32,000 bases of DNA from Erysipelotrichaceae bacterium (GTDB lineage: Bacteria; Bacillota_I; Bacilli_A; Erysipelotrichales; Erysipelotrichaceae). The stretch is taken from NCBI GenBank assembly GCA_963663995.1, contig OY760660.1, positions 510,001 to 542,000 of the forward strand, given 5' to 3'. The notes below the pieces were generated by a model. That model searched no databases and had not been told where the DNA came from. It worked only from the letters and a program-made list of their open reading frames with translations. A program made the translations under genes and the position numbers. Shown here piece by piece: positions 26,044-32,000 of this stretch (position 1 is its first letter; every line of letters begins with the position of its first letter).

Positions 26044-27709
26044 AGTAGTCTAATCCTAAATTATCAAATCCTTCAAGGCTAGTGGTATCACCCTCGACAA
26101 GTCCAGCCTTATAAGAAACTAGATCATCGACATTAGAGAAGATCAGTTCAATAAAGGTAGAACCTTCAACTTCGTAGATGCTTGGATCGTCACTGAAACG
26201 AATAAAGTAATGACTTGTACCATTTTCAACGACGACTTTCAAATCTAATAGACTAGCTTCAATCCATGGACTATCACTAACTATATCCTCAACTAAACCC
26301 TTATTACTGAGTAAATTAGTATAGAGTTTTAATGTTTCAGAAATAGTATCACCAACACCCACTAAAGAATAGTCAGCCACATTAACCATTGCATATTGTT
26401 TAATTAAACCTTCCGCATCTTTTAACGACATGAAGTAAGTCGGTACTGATTGAATATTAAGAAGTACTGGGAAAGTCGCTTGATACCCTAAATCTTGAAC
26501 TTGACCAGCCGCTGAGTTCATCGCTGATACTTCATCTGCTCCACCAATTTTGAAATAGGATGCTTCTTTTGTTTTTAAATTAATCAAGGCAAAGCCAACA
26601 ATTGATCGATCAGATCCGACAGAGGTCATCCCTGAGAACATATAAGTTTGATTATCAATATTGACATAGTTATAACCATCAGTGGTTTGAATCATATCTT
26701 TTTGACCTAACATCGTATTAATAAAACCATTGACATAGAATCCCCAGTTATCAATTTGAGCCCAAGCAATACTTGCTGGTTGAGCACGATCAATCCAAGA
26801 TGGAATTTCGTCAATCATATATTTTTCCATTTCACCATTAATCGCATCAACGACAATGACAGAAACCGTATCAAAACCACTGAACCAACCGATTTCTGGT
26901 TCTACAACAGAAATGACATAGAATGGGCGGCCTTCATCATCAATCTCAAAACTGAAATCTTGAAGAATTTCAGTACGATAAGAGAAACGGACATGTCTTA
27001 ATAAATCTTGTGAAAAGAAAGCGGATGGTGAATAGCTAATTCCTTCTTGAAGTTCGACTAAATCAACATCATTCGCATCAGTAACATTCACTTTGATATA
27101 ACCAGGAATACCTTCATTACGATTTTGCCACCATTTAATGAAATCCTGATATTCAAGTGGTGAAACTCTAAATATTTGATTATTAGATGAAACTAAAGTG
27201 TAATCAGAATTGATATTAAATTGAGAACCTAAACCTTGAACATTCCCAATTTTCTTATCCCCTAAACGTTGTGCGCTCGCCCAATCAATCAAAGGAATTT
27301 GATCTAATTGAACTTTATCAAAAGCATCATCAAAATTGCTTGTTTCAACAATTTGAATTTGATCTCTAAATTTAGTTGCATTTAAAGGTTCTGATCCTAA
27401 AACGTTTAAAACAATCATACTGATAAATAATAAGCCAGCTATTGTAAATGGAATTTTAGTGAAAGATGAAAATGACTGTGTAAAAACAGCCATTAAAAAA
27501 CCAAACATGGCTAAATAAGCAATGACTAGGATAATAAAACCTTGATCATGAAAGTTATAGGCAGGTAAACTAACATAATCAATTGTAAAAGCAACAATCG
27601 CCACTAAAATTAAAGTCGTAACAAGTGCACCACCTGTATTTCTTTTCTTTTTAGCTTTCGGCATTTCAAATTGTTGGAATTGTTTCAAAAATTCAAAGAG
27701 TGGATTCAT
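26042..27709 (-). CDS. Uncharacterised membrane-anchored protein (3 N-terminal TM helices plus a roughly 450-aa predicted extracytoplasmic domain)
   Basis: 555-aa ORF. A basic patch (KAKKKRN) precedes TM1 (GALVTTLILVAIVAFTI). TM2 is FIILVIAYLAMFGFLMAVF and TM3 is IPFTIAGLLFISMIVLNVL. I recognise no catalytic motif. AAGGAGA SD lies 8 nt upstream, inside the nrnA 3' end. Confidence 0.7.
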   Translation of the reverse strand: MNPLFEFLKQFQQFEMPKAKKKRNTGGALVTTLILVAIVAFTIDYVSLPAYNFHDQGFIILVIAYLAMFGFLMAVFTQSFSSFTKIPFTIAGLLFISMIVLNVLGSEPLNATKFRDQIQIVETSNFDDAFDKVQLDQIPLIDWASAQRLGDKKIGNVQGLGSQFNINSDYTLVSSNNQIFRVSPLEYQDFIKWWQNRNEGIPGYIKVNVTDANDVDLVELQEGISYSPSAFFSQDLLRHVRFSYRTEILQDFSFEIDDEGRPFYVISVVEPEIGWFSGFDTVSVIVVDAINGEMEKYMIDEIPSWIDRAQPASIAWAQIDNWGFYVNGFINTMLGQKDMIQTTDGYNYVNIDNQTYMFSGMTSVGSDRSIVGFALINLKTKEASYFKIGGADEVSAMNSAAGQVQDLGYQATFPVLLNIQSVPTYFMSLKDAEGLIKQYAMVNVADYSLVGVGDTISETLKLYTNLLSNKGLVEDIVSDSPWIEASLLDLKVVVENGTSHYFIRFSDDPSIYEVEGSTFIELIFSNVDDLVSYKAGLVEGDTTSLEGFDNLGLDY

Positions 27710-27712
27710 AGA

Positions 27713-28657
27713 TTAATTCTCCTTTAAGCGATTTCTTAAAGCTTCTAAGACATCTTCAATGTCTTCAAGGCGTAAACCTTTAACCGCTGCAGCCAATACA
27801 TGACCACCACCATTAAATATACGCGCTATATCATTAACAGTTTTATGCCGTGAACGAAGTGATCCATTATATAGACCCCCTTCTGCTTCAGTTTGTTCTA
27901 TAAACATAGCCCAAATTTCAGTTTCACGTACTAAACCTAATTCATAGATTTTTTCTTTAGCATTGGCTTGCTTAACGTTAAAGTGTTCTAAATCACTTTG
28001 TTTAATAACGATATAAGCTAAATCATTTTCATAAATGGCACTTTGTCTAATAAAAGTGGTAAAGTCTAATTCCTCTTTACTTAAAGCAAATAATTCATCA
28101 TTTAATTGACCAAGATTAATATGAGATTTAAGTAAGAACGCAGCCATTTCTAATGTTTGGGGACGTGTGTTTCGAGTCGAGAAACGTAATGTATCCGCTA
28201 AGATTCCTAAGTAGAGATAATTTGCGGTATTTTCATCTAAAGCATCTTTTTGAAAATGGTGAATAAATTCAGTGATTAATTCACTAGATGAAGCAGCTTT
28301 ATCATCAATCCATTCTATATCTGCATAGACTTCAACAAAGGGATGGTGATCAATTTTTATTTTCTTTGCGGCTAATTGATAACGCTGGTCATCAATCCGA
28401 GCTGCATTAGCTGTATCTGTGATAATGGCACAAGCTTCTTTAATCTCATCATCTTCTAGGTTTTCATAAAAGCCAAAAAGATGCGGCGAGGAACCTCGGT
28501 GCGCACCCATGGCAATAATTCTTTTATTTGGATATTTTCTCTTTAACCAAGACACTAAACCAAACTGACTCCCTAAAGCATCTGCATCAGGGTTTTGATG
28601 TCTAAAGACACAGACGGTTGAGTATGTTTCAATTTCGTTTAAAATTTCTTGTTTCAT
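27713..28657 (-). CDS. nrnA: DHH/DHHA1 phosphoesterase, NrnA-like (oligoribonuclease / pAp phosphatase)
   Basis: 314 aa with HQNPDADALGS, the DHH motif (KIDHHPF) and the DHHA1 motif (GGGH). There is a TAATG one-nt overlap with the ackA stop. Confidence 0.85.
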   Translation of the reverse strand: MKQEILNEIETYSTVCVFRHQNPDADALGSQFGLVSWLKRKYPNKRIIAMGAHRGSSPHLFGFYENLEDDEIKEACAIITDTANAARIDDQRYQLAAKKIKIDHHPFVEVYADIEWIDDKAASSSELITEFIHHFQKDALDENTANYLYLGILADTLRFSTRNTRPQTLEMAAFLLKSHINLGQLNDELFALSKEELDFTTFIRQSAIYENDLAYIVIKQSDLEHFNVKQANAKEKIYELGLVRETEIWAMFIEQTEAEGGLYNGSLRSRHKTVNDIARIFNGGGHVLAAAVKGLRLEDIEDVLEALRNRLKEN

Positions 28658-29850
28658 TAACCAATAATCTCAAATGTATCGCGAGCAATAACCAACTCTT
28701 CATTCGTTGGAACGACCCATACAGCAACTTTAGAATCAGCCGTTGAAACAGCGACTTCTTTACCACGTATTTTAAGGTTAAGTGGATAGTCAATCACCAA
28801 GCCCATTGCTTCTTCGACATTTTTTAAGATACCTTCACGAACTAAGGTATCATTTTCACCTAAACCACCGGTGAATAAAATACCATCAACATGGCCTAAT
28901 TGAACAAAATAAGCACCGATGAAGTCAGCGACACGTTTACAGTACATATCACGTGTTAATTTTGCTCTTTCATTTCCTTCTTCAATCGCATTTTCAATGT
29001 CGCGCGCATCGGATGAAATTCCAGAAACACCTAACATACCAGATTTTTTATTTAATACATTTAAAACATCCGTTTCAGTTTGACCTGTTTTTTCCATGAT
29101 ATAAGAAATAATCGCTGGATCAATATCACCAGAACGTGTACCCATCATGACACCTGCAAGTGGTGTAAAGCCCATTGATGTATTGATTGATTTACCACCT
29201 TGAACAGCTGCAATGGATGCACCATTACCTAAGTGACAAGTAATAACATTTATATCTTTAACATCTTTATTAACTAATTCTGCAAAGCGATGAGAAATGT
29301 AGAAATGTGAGGTTCCATGGAAACCATAACGACGAACCTTGTAATCAGTATAGTATTCATAAGGAATTGGATACATATAAATTTCCTTAGGCATACTTTG
29401 ATGGAAAGCAGTATCAAATACGGCAACGTGGCGGGCATGTGGAAGTGCACTTGCGAACGCTCTATAACCAACTAAGTTAGCCGGATTATGTAAAGGTGCT
29501 AAATCAGATAGAGCTTCAATATTTTTTTCAACTTCAGCTGTGATTTCAACTGATGATTTATAAATTTCTCCACCATGCACAACACGGTGTCCACAACCCG
29601 TAATGGATTCAAGTGAATCAACAATCTTATGTTCAATAATCGCGTCTAAAACGAGTTGAACCGCTACTTTATGATCAGGAATATCTTGGATAAGCTTAAC
29701 TTTTTCATCATTGAATTTTAAAGTAAAGATCCCATCGCTTAATCCAATTCTTTCAATAACCCCACTACATAGAACGTTTTCACTTGGTAGTTCAAAAAGT
29801 TGGAATTTTAGGGAAGAGCTTCCCGCATTAACTGCAATAATTGTTTTCAT
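28657..29850 (-). CDS. ackA: Acetate kinase
   Basis: 397 aa with AVNAGSSSLKFQLF, HRVVHGG and GFHGTSH. AAAGGAG lies 10 nt upstream of the ATG. Confidence 0.96.
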   Translation of the reverse strand: MKTIIAVNAGSSSLKFQLFELPSENVLCSGVIERIGLSDGIFTLKFNDEKVKLIQDIPDHKVAVQLVLDAIIEHKIVDSLESITGCGHRVVHGGEIYKSSVEITAEVEKNIEALSDLAPLHNPANLVGYRAFASALPHARHVAVFDTAFHQSMPKEIYMYPIPYEYYTDYKVRRYGFHGTSHFYISHRFAELVNKDVKDINVITCHLGNGASIAAVQGGKSINTSMGFTPLAGVMMGTRSGDIDPAIISYIMEKTGQTETDVLNVLNKKSGMLGVSGISSDARDIENAIEEGNERAKLTRDMYCKRVADFIGAYFVQLGHVDGILFTGGLGENDTLVREGILKNVEEAMGLVIDYPLNLKIRGKEVAVSTADSKVAVWVVPTNEELVIARDTFEIIG

Positions 29851-29873
29851 GTGTACATTTCTCCTTTTAACAC

Positions 29874-30194
29874 TTATTCATCGCATTTTTCTAATAAACT
29901 GACTATTTCATCTACGGCATCTATCTTTAAATCCCGTAACATACCATAATATTTTAAACGCATTTGGTATCGTTTAACAATAGACAATTGTGATTCTAAT
30001 TTTTCCAGAACTATTTCACAGCGCTTAATCGCATCGTGAACTGCTGATCGTGAGGTTTTAGTGTGTTCTGAAATCTCAGATAATGATAGATCTTCACGAT
30101 AGTATAAATCGACAATTTCCTTTTGTTTATCGGTTAATTGACTCTCATACCAATCTAGAAGTTCATTCATTCTTTCGGTCTTATCCAACATCAT
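29874..30194 (-). CDS. ylxM: UPF0122 / YlxM-family putative helix-turn-helix protein
   Basis: MMLDKTERMNELLDWYESQLTDKQKEIVDLYYREDLSLSEISE... matches the YlxM N-terminal pattern. I place the start at ATG 30194 (or 30191), overlapping the ftsY 3' end by 14 (or 11) nt. The ORF-track start at 30263 adds 23 codons that lie inside ftsY. Confidence 0.85.
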   Translation of the reverse strand: MMLDKTERMNELLDWYESQLTDKQKEIVDLYYREDLSLSEISEHTKTSRSAVHDAIKRCEIVLEKLESQLSIVKRYQMRLKYYGMLRDLKIDAVDEIVSLLEKCDE

Positions 30195-31122
30195 TAAGCT
30201 CACTTGATATTGCTTCAATAAAACTTGAAGCACTAAAGGGTCTAAGATCATATAAACCTTCACCTAAACCAATATAGACAACAGGTAACTTTAATTCTGA
30301 TGCAATCGCAATTAAACTACCCGCTTTTGCGCTACCATCCATTTTCGTACAAATGATTGCACTCACTTCTACTGATTCTAAGAAAGTTTGTGCTTGTGAT
30401 AAAGCATTTTGCCCGGTACTTGCATCTAAAACCAAGAAAACATGTTGTGCTTTGAAAGAAAGTGTTTTTTCAATCACTCGATGAATCTTAGCGAGTTCAT
30501 TCATTAAATTTACTTTGTTTTGAAGACGACCAGCCGTGTCAACAATGACCACATCATAGCCCTCACTTTGTGCTAAACGACAACCATCTACAACCACCGA
30601 AGCAGGATCGACATTTGCTGCCCCAAAAACACATTTCACATCAATTTTTTCAGCCCATGTTTGAAGTTGTAAAACAGCTGCAGCGCGAAAGGTATCGGCT
30701 GCAATCAACATAACTTTCTTACCTTCAAGTTTATATTGATGAGCCAGTTTAGCACAGGTTGTAGTTTTACCTGCCCCATTAACGCCCACCATCAAAATAA
30801 CTTGCATCCCTTCTTTAAAGTCTTCATAAACTTTAAAGCGCGAGATAACTTCTTGGGTAAGTTCTAAAACAGCTTCTTGGCTTGTTTCAGGTTTTATTTT
30901 CTTTAATTTATTGATTAGATCTTGGCTAACTTTTTGACCGACATCGCTATCAATTAATACATTTTTTAAATCAGCATAAAAATTTTCATCAACACTTTTA
31001 CTTAGACCTAATAATCTTTTTAAACCTTTGCCAAAGTGCTTCTCAGTTTCTTTTAAACCTTCTTCGTAGACTTGATCTTCTTGTCCACTAATGAAATTTT
31101 TTACTTTTGAGAAAAAACTCAT
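30181..31122 (-). CDS. ftsY: Signal recognition particle receptor FtsY
   Basis: 313 aa with the NG domain motifs GVNGAGKTTT, DTAGR and TKMDG. The ATGA overlap with the smc stop is present. Confidence 0.95.
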   Translation of the reverse strand: MSFFSKVKNFISGQEDQVYEEGLKETEKHFGKGLKRLLGLSKSVDENFYADLKNVLIDSDVGQKVSQDLINKLKKIKPETSQEAVLELTQEVISRFKVYEDFKEGMQVILMVGVNGAGKTTTCAKLAHQYKLEGKKVMLIAADTFRAAAVLQLQTWAEKIDVKCVFGAANVDPASVVVDGCRLAQSEGYDVVIVDTAGRLQNKVNLMNELAKIHRVIEKTLSFKAQHVFLVLDASTGQNALSQAQTFLESVEVSAIICTKMDGSAKAGSLIAIASELKLPVVYIGLGEGLYDLRPFSASSFIEAISSELNDVG

Positions 31123-32000
31123 GCTTCACCTTCTACAATTTCTTCACCACTTGTATTGCTTGGTTCTGCCATCATCATCGCATCTGCTAGACGAACTTTC
31201 AACATTTGTGATACACCACCCACCTGCATCGTTACACCGTACAGAATGTCACACATCGCCATAGTTCCTGGACGATGGGTTAAAACGATAAATTGGGTAT
31301 TTTCTTCAGAGAAGTGTTTCATATAGTGCGCAAAACGTTCAACATTGGCTTGGTCAAGTGCTGCTTCTACTTCATCAAAAACACAAAGGGGCATATGACG
31401 AACTTGTAAAATCGCAAATAAAACTGAAATTGCAATTAAACTCTTTTCACCCCCAGAGAATAGGCGCATATTCTTAATCGACTTCCCTTTTGGTTGAACA
31501 TGTATTTCAATCCCAGAATTTAATACATCTTCTGGATTATCTAAAGCTAAATAAGCATGACCACCGCCAAACATATGTTGAATAACATTTGGTAATACTT
31601 CATTTATCTTTTCAATAATTTCAGTGAATTGACCAATCATAATACCGTCAAGTTCAGTAATTAAGCCTAAAATTTTATCGCGACTTTCTTCAATTTCTTT
31701 AACTTGTGTACCGATATGTTCATAACGTTCATTGACTTCTTCAAAATCAGCTGGTGCATTCATATTGATATTGCCTAAACGTTCGATATCTTCTCTTAGT
31801 TGGGCAACTTCTTCAACAGCATTTTCAGATAATATCTCAATTGGATGTTCAAGTGTATATTCATACGTCAATTGATAATCTGAAGATAAGCGATTCATTA
31901 AGTTTTCAACATTTGTTTGCGAACGTGTAATATCTAAATCTAATTCATGTTGAGTCGTTTTTAAAGCAGATAATTCACGTCTTTGCTGACGCATTTGATT
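31119..32000 (-). CDS. smc: Chromosome partition protein Smc, C-terminal part (partial; open to the window end)
   Basis: A coiled-coil end is followed by the ABC signature (FSGGEKSL), Walker B (CVFDEVEAALD) and the D-loop region. The frame stays open upstream of the ORF-track Met through position 32000. Confidence 0.93.
   Translation of the reverse strand, partial: NQMRQQRRELSALKTTQHELDLDITRSQTNVENLMNRLSSDYQLTYEYTLEHPIEILSENAVEEVAQLREDIERLGNINMNAPADFEEVNERYEHIGTQVKEIEESRDKILGLITELDGIMIGQFTEIIEKINEVLPNVIQHMFGGGHAYLALDNPEDVLNSGIEIHVQPKGKSIKNMRLFSGGEKSLIAISVLFAILQVRHMPLCVFDEVEAALDQANVERFAHYMKHFSEENTQFIVLTHRPGTMAMCDILYGVTMQVGGVSQMLKVRLADAMMMAEPSNTSGEEIVEGEA

Noticed and set aside
30195-30263. 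N-terminal extension of the ylxM ORF (MKVYMILDPLVLQ...); likewise murB 12232-12255 and obg 18413-18424
   Set aside because: The extensions lie inside or over upstream genes or SD sequences. The family-typical N-termini, with SD or ATGA coupling, start at the internal Met codons.
19992-30277. Small ORFs 19992-20210(+), 26756-27001(+), 29274-29471(-), 29711-29902(+) and 30083-30277(+)
   Set aside because: All are nested in or antisense to well-supported genes (DUF554, the membrane protein, ackA, ylxM/ftsY). There is no SD and no recognisable sequence.
31992-31994. The ATG taken by the ORF track as the smc start (MRQQRREL...)
   Set aside because: The frame remains open to the window edge, and the sequence is mid coiled-coil of SMC. 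It is an internal Met, not a start.

Overview
Low-GC (about one-third GC by eye) chromosomal core region of a Bacillota-type genome. It uses the standard genetic code: TGA is used as a stop in ftsQ, murB, murG, the response regulator and smc. Both PolC and DnaE are present, together with the Prp/L27 maturation pair and peptidoglycan genes (murG, murB, ftsQ). The organism is therefore walled, possibly from an Erysipelotrichia-like or Mollicutes-related lineage, but that placement is only a guess. About 30 kb of the 32 kb is transcribed from the minus strand as tightly packed, often stop/start-overlapping gene strings. In transcription order these are: smc'-ftsY-ylxM-ackA-nrnA-membrane protein | dnaE-RR-HK-methyltransferase-DUF554 | rplU-prp-rpmA | obg | ruvA-ruvB | rhodanese | murG-murB-ftsQ | asp23-fakA | recG | rnc-gltD-like-polC | rimP'. 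The only plus-strand genes are a HAD-hydrolase gene and the 1,147-bp IS1595-family insertion sequence that splits it. That IS is also the only accessory DNA I can see. I found no CRISPR array, tRNA, rRNA, prophage, toxin-antitoxin or defence-island hallmark, and I cannot honestly support a claim of a novel multi-gene system here. The observations most worth a second look are as follows. (1) The IS insertion is clean and evidently recent. (2) TATAAT or TGnTATAAT boxes sit 6-9 nt upstream of SD-less start codons (ruvA, dnaE, HAD, possibly rnc), which predicts leaderless mRNAs. (3) An orphan GltD/NfnB-like Fe-S flavoprotein is translationally coupled between rnc and polC. (4) An unrecognised 555-aa membrane-anchored protein lies between nrnA and dnaE. 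(5) The rplU leader contains an 8-bp anti-SD. (6) Synteny is rearranged relative to Bacillus: ylxM lacks ffh, the dcw cluster is fragmented, and ackA sits inside the smc-ftsY string.
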